51,325 nucleotides of DNA. It comes from Macrostomum lignano (lineage: Eukaryota). Location of the stretch: NCBI GenBank assembly GCA_002269645.1, contig NIVC01001618.1, positions 1 to 51,325 on the forward strand, read 5' to 3'. The notes under the pieces are model-generated. The model did no database searches. It had not been told where the DNA came from and saw nothing but the letters and a program-made list of their open reading frames with translations. This document shows, one piece after another, positions 12,708-24,059 of the stretch. Every line of letters begins with the position of its first letter. Position 1 is the stretch's first letter. A program made the translations under genes and the position numbers.

Positions 12708-13796
12708 CCTTGCCACCCACTTGATCGGTAACACTACAGGCTGCATTGCATTGCAACTGCACGCATTAGTATAAATATATTATTTAAAAAGAACCCGGCC
12801 AACTGGGCATTGATGAAATTTAAAAAATATAAAGCAACCAATTTGGAATACGACCTAAATAAAAAACGTAACATGCAATTTAATACTTTTAAAAGCAATG
12901 CATACATATTGAAAAAGACTGGTCTTGCACAAAACTAATATACAAGAAAGTACAATCTAATTAAAAAAATAAGTGGCATAGATAATTTTTGCATAGTTGC
13001 CAGAGATCTTAAATAATGTTAACCGAAATCTGTTTAAACAGAAAAGTACAGACATAAGTCAGTCAGAAGTAACAATACACACAAATTAGTCATGACAGAC
13101 TGGAATATGGGGCAATATATATGGGGAGCACAACTAGGAAAGCACGGAACAGGTGTCGCATACGCGCACGGAGATTGATGGGTTGATTGTACACTTGTGC
13201 GTAGGTGAGGAAAGTTGTAGTAACGCCTACTTTAAGTAGCTTGTTGCGCTTAAAAGAAGCATGGAATTGAGTTTATATAAAGTATCGAGTAATGTATTTC
13301 AATAGAAGAAGCACTGGCCGTTAATTTAGTGGTTAGGGTTATCCATATCGCAATACATCTCAGGAAACAGTTCAGATATCAATACTGATTAGGTATAAGT
13401 GAAATTGTTTATTTATCTGGATAACAAAACAAATTGCAAGGACCAGTGGCGTGGAGAAAGCAGAAAAATCTACATTTTTGACAACGATTATAATATATTC
13501 TACTATACTGCATGTATAAGTAGTATGAAACAGAAATAGTTATCTACGCTTTTTTGGAAAAGTAGTGGAAACAATTTTAACAGAAATCCGGGGCTAATCC
13601 AGCCCTATTAAGACAAAGGAATGAATTCCTGGACTGAAAACAAAACATTATTATATGTAAGAAGCTTTAGCAATTAATAAGTGAACACTGCCATCATTAT
13701 GTAATTCATTCATTCGTCTAGCGGCTATCTGTAGTCAGAAACGCATCGGCGACTAATAACAGACCAAAACACCACTGCGCAACAAAGGAGAGCAGA

Positions 13797-13797
<1 letters not shown>

Positions 13798-13831
<34 letters not shown>

Positions 13832-14718
13832 CTACTTAATATTTCATTCTTTTACAAATTCAACCAGCTAATATACATGTAAGACTGAATGAGAGATATT
13901 GATCTCCTAGATAAAGGAGGGAAGGAGATGGAGGAAGAGAGAAGAGAGAAAAAGGACGGGAGGAGAGGGAAGAGAAAGCGAGGAAAAGAGAGGAAGTAGG
14001 GGAGGAGAGAGGAAGCGAGGGAAGAGAGAGGAAGGAGGGGAGGAGAGGGGAGGAGAAGGGAGAGAGAGAGGAAAGGTAAGGAGAGGATAGGAGAGGGGAG
14101 AGGAAGAGAGGAAAGGTAAGGAGAGGGGAGGAGAGGGGAGAGAGAGAGGAAAGGTAAGGAGAGGGGAGGAGAGGGGAGAGAGAGGAAAGGTAAGGAGAGG
14201 GGAGGAGAGGGGAGAGAGAGAGGAAAGGTAAGGAGAGGGGAGGAGAGGGGAGGAGAAGGGAGAGAGAGAGGAAAGGTAAAGAGAGGGGAGGAGAGGGGAG
14301 AGAGAGAGGAAAGGTAAGGAGAGGATAGGAGAGGGGAGAGGAAGAGAGGAAAGGTAAGGAGAGGGGAGGAGAGGGGAGAGAGAGAGGGAAGGTAAGGAGA
14401 GGGGAGGAGAGGGGAGAGAGAGAGGAAAGGTAAGGAGAGGGAGGAGAGGGGAGAGAGAGAGGAAAGGTAAGGAGAGGGGAGGAGAGGGGAGAGAGAGAGG
14501 AAAGGTAAGGAGAGGGGAGGAGAGGGGAGAGAGAGAGGAAAGGTAAGGAGAGGATAGGAGAGGGGAGAGGAAGAGAGGAAAGGTAAGGAGAGGGGAGGAG
14601 AGGGGAGAGAGAGAGGAAAGGTAAGGAGAGGGGAGGAGAGGGGAGAGAGAGAGGAAAGGTAAGGAGAGGGGAGGAGAGGGGAGAGAGAGAGGAAAGGTAA
14701 GGAGAGGGGAGGAGAGGG
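13798..14718 (+). repeat. (GA)n tract (13798-13828) and polypurine minisatellite (13915-14718, about 38-bp unit GGAAAGGTAAGGAGAGGGGAGGAGAGGGGAGAGAGAGA)
   Basis: Almost pure purine on the plus strand; array begins about 110 nt after the DESI2 stop. Confidence 0.95.
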
Positions 14719-14827
14719 AATGCTGTGACAGCAAGTGACGCAACTGTTGCCAACTCCACATTAACCGCAGCAAGGAAAGCAAAACACAGAACCACGCGGT
14801 GCCCCCTCCAAGTCGCTATGTCAGTCG

Positions 14828-15499
14828 CTAGAACTCGTCATCGAGCTCGGAGCCGTCCTGCGGTCGCAGCCACTCCTTGGGAATGGCCCGTTCAATGAAT
14901 GGCACAGTAGTGCTGACCGTGGCCAACCTGTTAACCCACTTGGGCAGCGAGGAATTGCAGATAATAGCCAGCATGTTATTGGAGAAGTGATTGCAATTCT
15001 GTCTAGTCAGGTGATAATCCTTGCCGGTGAATTTCTGCCCGAGATTAACCATGACCTCGTCGATTTCCTCCTGCGACAGGTGGGTGCAGCCCAGCGGTAT
15101 GCTGGTTTTCAATTTGAAATTCTCGCCAAGCTCTTCGGCGTTCTGCGGCGCGATGGTGAATATGCCGGAGGTTTCCGACGGGTGCCCGCCGTAGGTGTAC
15201 TCTCGATTGTACACCTGTACGCCTGAGTGATAGATGCCGACTCCGAGGTTGTTGGTATAGCCGTTTGTCCAGTACTGCGAGTTCGGTTTTTGGATATAAA
15301 TCAGTTAAATTTAAATTTGTGTACATTTATACACTGATTGGGGTGCTGCATGGAAGGGCAACTCTCTGGAGATTGAGGAACTTACCATATCGTAAACGTT
15401 GACAATAACGGGCTCATTAATGTCAAAGGTCATGGAGGTTCCTTCAGCTCCATCCCGGCTGCCCAGCTTCTTCAGCTTTTCCACTATATTTTGCAGCAT
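14828..15499 (-). CDS. DESI2: Desumoylating isopeptidase 2 (PPPDE peptidase), 2 exons (15386-15499, 14828-15274), 186 aa
   Basis: Splicing ATG|GTAAGT ... TCGCAG|TAC gives VNVYDM|YWTNGYTNNLGVGIYHSGVQVYNREYTYGGHP...YHLTRQNCNHFS...LPKWVNRLA, matching the DESI2/PPPDE1 His-Cys dyad motifs. Intron 111 nt. Confidence 0.93.
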
Positions 15500-15661
15500 G
15501 CATGAAAGGATTGTGGTGTGCGCGTATCAAGTTTGTTGTACAGAAAACTTTATTTAACCAAATTAGATGATTCATTAAAAGTTGACAGCTTAGTACGTTT
15601 CTGAGTAATAATATGAGAAAAAGTTTGCTGTTACAATGGGGTCAGGTAAGAAGCTAGTCTG

Positions 15662-15985
15662 GAGTTTTCATCGGGGTAGGAAGTTGGCAGGGAGAGAGTG
15701 TACTTTGGGGGTGGGAAGTTGGCAGGGAGAGAGTGTACATTGGGATAGGAAGTTGGCAGGGAGAGTGTACCAATTGGGGTAGGAGGTTGGCAGGGAGAGA
15801 ATGTACATTGGGATAGGAATTTGGTAGGGAGAGAGTGTACATTGCGGGGGGTAGGAAGTGGCAGGGAGAGAGTGTACATTGGGGGTAGGAAGTGGCAGGG
15901 AGAGAGTGTACATTAGGGGTAGGAATTTGGCAGGGAGAGAGTGTACAGGGGGTAGGAAGTTAGCAGGGAGTGTACAGTGGGGTTA
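15662..15985 (+). repeat. About 36-bp G-rich minisatellite GGGGTAGGAAGTTGGCAGGGAGAGAGTGTACATT
   Basis: About 9 degenerate units between CPSF3 and DESI2. Confidence 0.88.
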
Positions 15986-16452
15986 CGAAGCTGGCAGGAA
16001 CGAAGCTTACGCTCGCACATTAAGTTTAGGCAGCTGGTCGAGAGTGATTGTACAACATTAGGATTAAGGGTCTGATATAGAAAGTGTGTAAATTTGGGGT
16101 AGGAAGTTTATACTACATACGAGCGTATTGTTTAAAATAACTTGAAGTTCGATTTTTGTGCGACGTTTTAGCAACCGGGTCTTAGTTTATTTAAACGCAA
16201 CAAGAACTTAAGCGAATGTGCTGACTGATTGGAAAAATACCTGTCTAGGTAGAGTCGGCATTAAGATTAGCAGCATTAAATAGAACTGGAACAGTCTATA
16301 AATGCTTACATTAACAACATGAACTATTACGGCAAAAGCGTGCACAATTGGAGACGGGAAATCGCAACAAATTCTAGTGGAAAATTGAAGCCAGCTGCGT
16401 CATATTTACGATACTAGAAATACAGCACAAATAAAAAAGGTTCACTTCAAAG

Positions 16453-19400
16453 TCAGGATGCTGCCTGAGCCTCTTCCAGCTGACGCAGCGGCGGCATGAG
16501 TACCTGGCGCAGTCTATTAATGACGGTGCGCACCAGCTGCTGCAGCGGGGCGTCCTCTTCGCAGGTGGCCGTCAGCCGTCCGGTGTCCACCTCAACCTGA
16601 CGGTTGCGCACAACCAGCTGAAAGGTCAGGCCGCTCTTCCTGGGATCCGGCCGGCCCTGCACGCTGTCCGGGCCGAACATCTCGGACAGAGTCTCCAACA
16701 GGGCGGTGCGAAACGCGGTGCTGTCTTGCCTGGCCGGGGCTGGCACGCTCTGCCAGGGCATGCCCTCCAGCTCGGCCTTCAGGATCACCGTCTGCACGGC
16801 GTCGGCGAACATGTCGCTGACCGGGTTGGACTGCCACTGAAGATGGGCAGAGTGGAGTGCTTAGCTGGGGTAGGCGCGTTCAGTGTATAGTATAATAATT
16901 GCCGTTTTCCAGCCCATAGCAACGGAGACTCTTTTTATCAATCAGTATAGAAACGAATTTTGAGAGCATAGCAACAGCGCAACAGCATAGCAACAAAGTA
17001 CGAAAGCATCCCAACAGCATAGCAACAAAGAATGGAAGCATCTCAACAGCATAGCAACAAACTACGGAAGCATCCCAACAGCATAGCAACAAAGAATGGA
17101 AGCATCTCAACAGCATAGCAACAAACTACGGAAGCATCCCAACAGCATAGCAACAAAGTACGGAAGCATCCCAACAGCATAGCAACAAAGTAAGGAAGCA
17201 TCTCAACAGCATAGCAACAAACTACGGAAGCATCTTAACAGCATAGCAACAAAGTAGGGAAGCATACCAACAGCCTAGCAACAAAGTACGGAAGCATCTT
17301 AACAGCATAGCAACAGCACAAAAACACAAAGCATTCAGACAATTAATAAGCCAATATTAACTCACCTCAATTAGAACCTGGCGCGGCTCCCAGGTAACGG
17401 TGACGCACTGGAACACGCGGTAGACGTGACAATCACCCTTCTGCCTGACAGTTTCAACTGAGCCGGCCACCACAGCCAGATGAAAGTACAATAGGCTAGG
17501 CGGCATGCTGAAATGCACAGCCATTCGCTGAGTAACCTCGCTAGTAGCCAGGTCCGTATACGTAGGCAAATCAGTCTCGTGCACCAGATGATAGCTGAAA
17601 TTCTTCTTCATCAAGATGCCGGACAGAGGCTGGCCCTCAGTAGGGGCTGATTTAGCCAAACTGCCAACCACTTTGGCAGTTTTCTCGCCGCGGAAATGCA
17701 ACGAGACGGATTCGCAGTTCTTGGGCGTGAAAATGTCCAGGCGGTAGTCGGGCTCGTCCTCGTACTGGCGCAGCAGGGCGGAGCGAAGCCGCAGCATCTC
17801 GTTCTGCTCGCCGTGCACCAGCACGATGTGCGCCGGACGCAGGTCGCGAATAAACTCAGACGTCTGCTGGTAGTCCGTGTGAGCCGAGAACGATACGTAG
17901 TCTACTGAGCACTTTAGCGGCAGCGTCTGGCCGGACATTGTGGTCACCTGTGGGTTGGTTGATTGGTTAGATCAGTGTGGAATTAGCTAGCTAGTAAATG
18001 TGGAGGCCATTCCGTTCAACATCTTGTGATACGAAGAAATTCCGTTCAATACCTCTGTGAGGAATATGGGGGGATTCCGTCCAATACCTCTGTGGGGAAT
18101 GTGGGGAGATTCCGTTCAATACCTTTGTGGGGAATGTGGGGAGATTCCGTCCAATACCTCTGTGGGGAATGTGGGGGAATTCCGTTCAATACCTCTGTGG
18201 GGAATGTGGGGAGATTCCGTCCAATACCTCTGTGGGGAATGTGGGGGGAATTCCGTTCAACACCTCTGTGGGAAATGTGGGGGAATTCTGTCCAATACCT
18301 CTGTGGGGAATGTGGGAAGATTCCGTCCAATACCTCTGTGGGGAATGTGGGGGGAATTCCGTTCAATACCTCTGTGGGGAATGTGGGAAGATTCCGTCCA
18401 ATACCTCTGTGGGGAATGTGGGGGAATTCCGTCCAATACCTCTGTGGGGAATGTGGGGGGAATTCCGTTCAATACCTCTGTGGGGAATGTGGGGGGGAAT
18501 TCCGTCCAATACCTCTGTGGGGAATGTGGGGGAATTCCGTCCAATACCTCTGTGGGGAATTCCGTTTAATACCTCTGTGGGGAATGTGGGGGGGAATTCC
18601 GTCCAATACCTCTGTGGGGAATGTGGGGGAATTCCGTCCAGTATCTCTGTGGGGAATGTGGGGGAGTTCTATCCAATATCTCTGTGGGGAATGTGGGAGA
18701 ATTCTGTTTAATATCTCTGTGGGGAATGTGGGAGAATTATGCTCAATATCTCTGGGGAATATGGGAGAAATCTGTTCAATAGCTCGGCGGGGAATGTGGG
18801 GGAATTCTGTCTAACATCTCTGTGGGGAACGTGGGGGAATTCTGTTCAGTATCTGGTCAGTTTCTATGAAATAGTTGGGAGAACGTTGCCCACCTCCTGC
18901 GGATGGCTGAGAATCTGCTTGGCCAGGGTGCCTTCAACGCAGTACCCGGCAATGATGACGCCATTGCGCTTGTCTGTGCACCAGTTCTCGAATAGTTCGC
19001 GAGACAGCCCGTTCTGCATCATGCCAGGCGAGGCCATGATAACGCACGGCCCGCTGTCAACATAGATGTCCACATTGCGCAAGTTGCTGATGTGCTTGAA
19101 CACGAATGGATTGTTATTGACAATTTTATTGCGCACAGATTCGTTCATAGCGTGAATATAAGTCTGATAGACTGCCATGCATTTCTTAGCCAGCTGGGAC
19201 GCGTAATAGATTGGGATGCGGTGCAGCTCGGGGTGCAGGCTCCAGTATTCGTCTAGGATGAGCATGAGCTCCTGGGCTCGGCCCAGAGCGAACGCCGGTA
19301 TCAGGCACCGACCGCCCCTAGCAACAATATCGTGTACTAAACCGACGAATCGGGCTTCGCGTTCCTCGCGCCTATCGTGAATGTGCGTGCCGTAGGTGGA

Positions 19401-20006
19401 CTCGGTGATGAGCACGTCTGGTCGGCAGGGCGGCAGCTCGGCGGACATCAGGTGCCGGTCCTCCTGCCGGCTGAAATCGCCCGTGTACAGGATTCGAACT
19501 CCGGCTATCTCAATTAGAAACATTGCGGCGCCGAGCACGTGACCAGCGTGATAGGCCGTGAATTTGATGCCGTTCACCTCCAGCTCTTGGTGAAAGTCGA
19601 TGGTCTCAATGCGCTCCATGGAGCTCTGGATGTCCTGATCGGCGTACAGAGCCGCCTCCGAGCTGTTGTTGCTAACCTTGACAAAGTCGCATAGCAACCA
19701 ACGGTAAATAGCCTTAGTGGCGTGGGTCATAAATACTCGGCCTCGGAATGGCGTCTTGGACAGCAGGTAGGGCAGGCCGCCGCAGTGGTCCAGGTGGAAG
19801 TGGCTCACTAGAAGTACGTCGACCTTCTCGTGCTCGATATTGTCAATGAATGGCAGGGACTCGTTGGAGCGCAGGCCCGGATGAATGCCGCAGTCCAGCA
19901 CCACCAGTTTGCCTTTGAATTTCAGCATGATGCAGGACCGGCCGACCTCTTGGCCCGAGCCCAGGGGCGTGATCACCAGCTCGTTGCTTTCATCCGCTCC
20001 GCTCAT
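16453..20006 (-). CDS. CPSF3: Cleavage and polyadenylation specificity factor 73-kDa endonuclease, 3 exons (18894-20006, 17366-17947, 16453-16836), 692 aa
   Basis: [33 protein letters not shown] (metallo-beta-lactamase), HAGHVLGA, beta-CASP, SFSAHTD and HGEQNEM. Phase-0 introns GAG|GTGGGC...CCACAG|GTG and GAG|GTGAGT...CTTCAG|TGG join the frames. Confidence 0.97.
16965..17316 (+). repeat. 32-bp minisatellite ACAGCATAGCAACAAAGTACGGAAGCATCCCA in CPSF3 intron 2
   Basis: About 11 units, partly alternating variants; lies within intron 16837-17365. Confidence 0.94.
18038..18850 (+). repeat. 35-37-bp minisatellite ATTCCGTCCAATACCTCTGTGGGGAATGTGGGGGA in CPSF3 intron 1
   Basis: About 22 units filling about 86% of intron 17948-18893. 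Confidence 0.96.
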
Positions 20007-21987
20007 GCTTGATCAGCATGCAAACATTGGGGATTTGGTGATGTAGCTATGCAGTCAATACGTTCATTGCTTGGGTATTCATTTTCTAAAGCAGATAATG
20101 ATAAGTCAGGTAGAATTTAAAATAGTGCTAAAAGACTAAAATGCTTTATTTATATTTTGATAATTGATGTAGGGTCAATTTCCCAAGAAGAAAAAATGAC
20201 AATAATTACCTGCAAAACACATGGGCAATTATGTGCTTCTTACGAGCAGATAGTTAAGATTCTTAATTAAAGTTTTTGGAAAATATGGCTTTGGGGTATA
20301 TATACTCATAAAGTATAAACATACCTTAGTATTGTATTTTACTTTTATGGAAACCAAACTGCTAAATAAATACTAGGATGCTAGTTGGTACATTTTCAAC
20401 TAAATGATTTAATTGGCACTTCAAACTGTTTTAAAGTATATTATTAGATATATAGATATATATATATATATAGAACTAAGTGAAATTACTTAAAATGTTA
20501 ATGTAGATCAATAAGAAATAGAATGGTTATAATAAATTTTTTCTATTGAGGTGGAAGGCCTCTTAGTTCAATAGATGTAATGGCAGCAAAGATTTTGTGC
20601 TGCTTTGCGAGTATATTTATATATACAAACAGCACAAGATTCAAGGGCCTAAGGAGGTATGAAAAGGTGGCATGGTGTGATAGGCTATGCCAACCCCCCC
20701 CAGCTTAGTGAGCCAGCTAGCTTGGTGTGCACCCACCCCACCTCAGCTAGACAGAGGTTGGGGCAGTTTCTAGTGCAGCTACACTGGTGCTTGCCAGTCG
20801 TGTATAGTCTGGCCACCACACTACTAAATTTATTATAAAACAAATATTTTCCCTATAACTATGGCCATAACTACAGTAAGCCTTATATTATGGCAGCTAT
20901 GATAAAATAGACCTGTATTGAAGAGAATTAAAAGAACTAAGAATACTGAGGGGCTTATATTATAGAGATAGGACAAAACAATTTTTTTAAACAATTTTAT
21001 TTATTTTGAATATCTGATGGAACCAATTTCAATACTGAATAATACTGAATATTGAAAGCACTTTGGTAAAGCCATGAATTGCAATGATTAAACTTGTGTA
21101 GAAATGTCTAGCTACACTCACTGCTAGAAGCACATGGTATTTATATCTAAACCTGATCCCTTTAGTAGCCCTTGTCCAATAGGTCTGCATCTTCTTGTCC
21201 AATGAAATATGCCTAGACCAAATGCAAACCTCATCTCTTCCAAATGTTTAGGAATCAGTGCCTCCGAATCTATGGTCCATAAACTTGATTCTTAATGTTC
21301 CACTTTTTCTAAAGCTTCAAAGCCTCCTAAAGTCTCAGTATCTAATCTGAGCACAACAGACCTCGTTATCTTATCCTTAATTCTTTCCCTTATTTATAAG
21401 CCACAACCCCATAACCCTCAACACCATTGACTCTTCAAATACAAACTTCAATCCTTAATTCTCAAATATCCTGAATTCTTCCCTTCATTTATAAGCCACA
21501 GCTGTAATACTTACTCAACTCTTGACTTGATCCAAATCTTCATCCTATATCAAAGCAACTACTCAGTATCTTATTTTTCAGCTTTTCAGCAGCTTATTTT
21601 CAACTTTCCAATTCCAATTCAAAGCAAATATTCAATCGATTTGATTCAATTCTGAACATTCAAAATATTTGTTCTATCTTTACTATGTTAAATGCATAAA
21701 GGCAAAGCTGAATAAGTTCCAAAGAAACCTTTCTATAATCATATGAGGTGTTTTTAAAACAAATGTCAGTGGCTATATATTTCTGCTCAAGCAAATGCAG
21801 CCAACCTATTTTTTAATATGTTTTATATTGTTATCTTGTGACTTACCAGCTGAAAATTCTACATTCAGCTACATTCTAGCACTAGCAGCAATGAAAGCCA
21901 ACTACTTGTTTTAAGGTGTTATATTACTGCCATGATCTGAGCTCATACTTTTGTTTATGATATGGCAAAAGTGGGGTACAGCATGCT

Positions 21988-22757
21988 CAGTGTTGTTACA
22001 AGCATTTCTGAAAAATAATCCACAGATTAAAAAAATCTGCAGAGTATATTTTTCATGAATTAGAAAGTTAAAAGATCCATTTTTAATCCTCAAAATACTT
22101 GTTCACAATATTATTAAAACCAATTTCAACAACGTCCTAATTAAGGAATCTAAATCCTAATGTATTCTGGGTCTCCTAAAGTAAAACACTAACAATATAA
22201 AATGAAGACAGTCGGAGAAAAGTCTATCGATAGCAGCCTTGAAGCTCTGCACGTAACTGTTATCCCAATGAAGCACATTTTGCAGTATCTTCAATAGCTG
22301 AGGGTCGAGCCCTCGCACCATCTCCTGCCTCGTTTGAAATTCAGTGTTGCAGAAGAACAGCCGGCAGAACTTGACTGAGCTTCTGTCACTAGGAAGAAGG
22401 CTGCCGATTCTATGGTAGATTTCCCTGTGAATGATCACACTGGGGTATCCACCAGGCATTTGCCGCTCCTCCACTCCTAATTATTTATATTCTATCAGCC
22501 AGATGGAACACTAGCTAATACAAGTCTGTCAGTTTAGCTATATTAAAAAACTAAGTGATATAACAAAAAATAAATGAAAATAGAAAACACAAAAAGACAG
22601 GAACCATACTTGTAAATGTAAAACATTGTTTTTATATACAGTTTTGCAAAAAAAGAAAAATCCGCAGAAATTCAAAAACAAATAAAATAATCAGCATTTT
22701 CCTCAGAAAGCTAAAAAATCTGCAGTGTGGAAATTTCTGCAGCTTGTAACACCACTG
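21988..22757. mobile_element. Non-autonomous hAT-like element, 770 bp
   Basis: 16-bp TIRs CAGTGTTGTTACAAGC / GCTTGTAACACCACTG (1 mismatch) with perfect 8-bp TSD AGCATGCT (21980-21987 and 22758-22765). Removing it restores the mariner frame ...MAKVGYS|MLKIKEAL. Confidence 0.82.
22157..22474 (-). pseudogene. Helitron Rep/helicase N-terminal fragment inside the hAT-like element
   Basis: IHREIYHRIGSLLP...FCRLFFCNTEFQTRQEMVRGLDPQLLKILQNVLHWDNSYVQSFKAA matches the Helitron pattern IQGQVYHRIGSLLP...FAQLY.YD...LD..IL..LQ.ML...NPYV..FK.A. Confidence 0.72.
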
Positions 22758-24059
22758 AGCATGCTGAAAATCAAAGAGGCCTTGGCCATGGCCCACCTAG
22801 ACAAGCAGCTATCCAAGAGGCAAATCTATTGTCTCATCTGTCAAGAAAATGATGGCCAGGACACAGAAGATTAATGCAGGTTCAATGCAAAGAAAACAAG
22901 ACAATTTGCAGACTACCATAGCTATAGAAGAGGCTATTGAGTCTGATCACTACAAAACCATTGAGGAATTAGCCAAAGACTTTGACCTGTCTATCAGCAT
23001 AGTCCACACAATTTTACACATGGATCTTGGATTGTCTAAGAAGAGTGTGCTGGGTCTCTTGGCTGCTATTGCTGGAGCAGAAAGCAGAGCAAGTCTGCTG
23101 CTATAAGATTATGCAAAAGCTCCACTTTGAGCAAAGTGGAGCCTTTGAGACATCCATGATGACCAGTCTTTTTTCACCTTAGAGACCAAGCAGCAAAGCC
23201 ACCAATGGCTGTTAAGAAGAGTTCCAGTACCAACTACCAATGAATGTGAGAGTCCAGGAGTCCTACAAGAAGCAGATAATCTTTATCTTCTTTGACTCCC
23301 AAGGCATGATCTATATGCACTATGACCCAATAAGCTCAAAAATTAATTCCAACTACTAAGGTATATCTTGAATATGTTGGCCACTTTCAAGAAGCAACTA
23401 GCTTAGAAATGGTCATAGTTGGCCAAAGGCCAATGGTTCTTCCATTGGGACAATGCAACAGTCTACTCAGTGGCCAAGATAAGAGTTTTTAGCTAAAAAT
23501 CATATCAAAGTACTTAAGTATCCATTATATTTACCAGATCTAGTTTTAGCCAACTTTTGACTATTTTTCAAGTGAAATTGGACTTATTAAGTAGCTAGAT
23601 TGTTGGCAAAACAGTAAGAGCAGAGTGGGAACACATTGTAAGGAGTCTCCTAACAGTTGTATATGCCTAAGCTTTTTATAACTAGATGGAGCAATGCAAG
23701 AAGTGCATCAAGCTAGGTGGTAACTATGTTGCAAAGTTGTAGGGAATAATAGACCAAAGTTGCCATGCGAGCTAGAAAATAAACTCACAAAAATTTGTTT
23801 TTGAAAACACATATATATATTATATAACAATAAATTGATTATTATAAGACATAGTTATATCATTAATGCTAGATTATTATTCCATATCTATAGTAATAGT
23901 ATCATTAACTGATCATAGTATTTATATCTAATTAATTTGGTTTATATAATTTTAACAATATACTATTATAGAACATGAATTAATATATTAAGTGATTAAC
24001 CTATTTTTATATACTAAATATTAGTAGCTAAAATAATTGGTCAAAGATGCTAAAAATAT

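Larger units (their letters stand above)
21744..23812 (+). mobile_element. Decayed mariner element, interrupted by a hAT-like insertion
   Basis: Remnant TIRs (TA-TGAGGTGTTTTTAAAACAAAT and ATTTGTTTTTGAAAACAC-ATA), about 1.29 kb after removing the insert. Recognisable remnants TILHMDLGLSKKS, FHWDNA, YPLYLPDLVLANF*LF (from HPPYSPDLAPADFWLF) and KCIKLGGNYV. Many stops. Confidence 0.85.

Noticed and set aside
12715-12760. Candidate first exon MQPVVLPIKW for the DUF1294-like gene
   Set aside because: Weak donor and no supporting evidence; such short matches are expected by chance.
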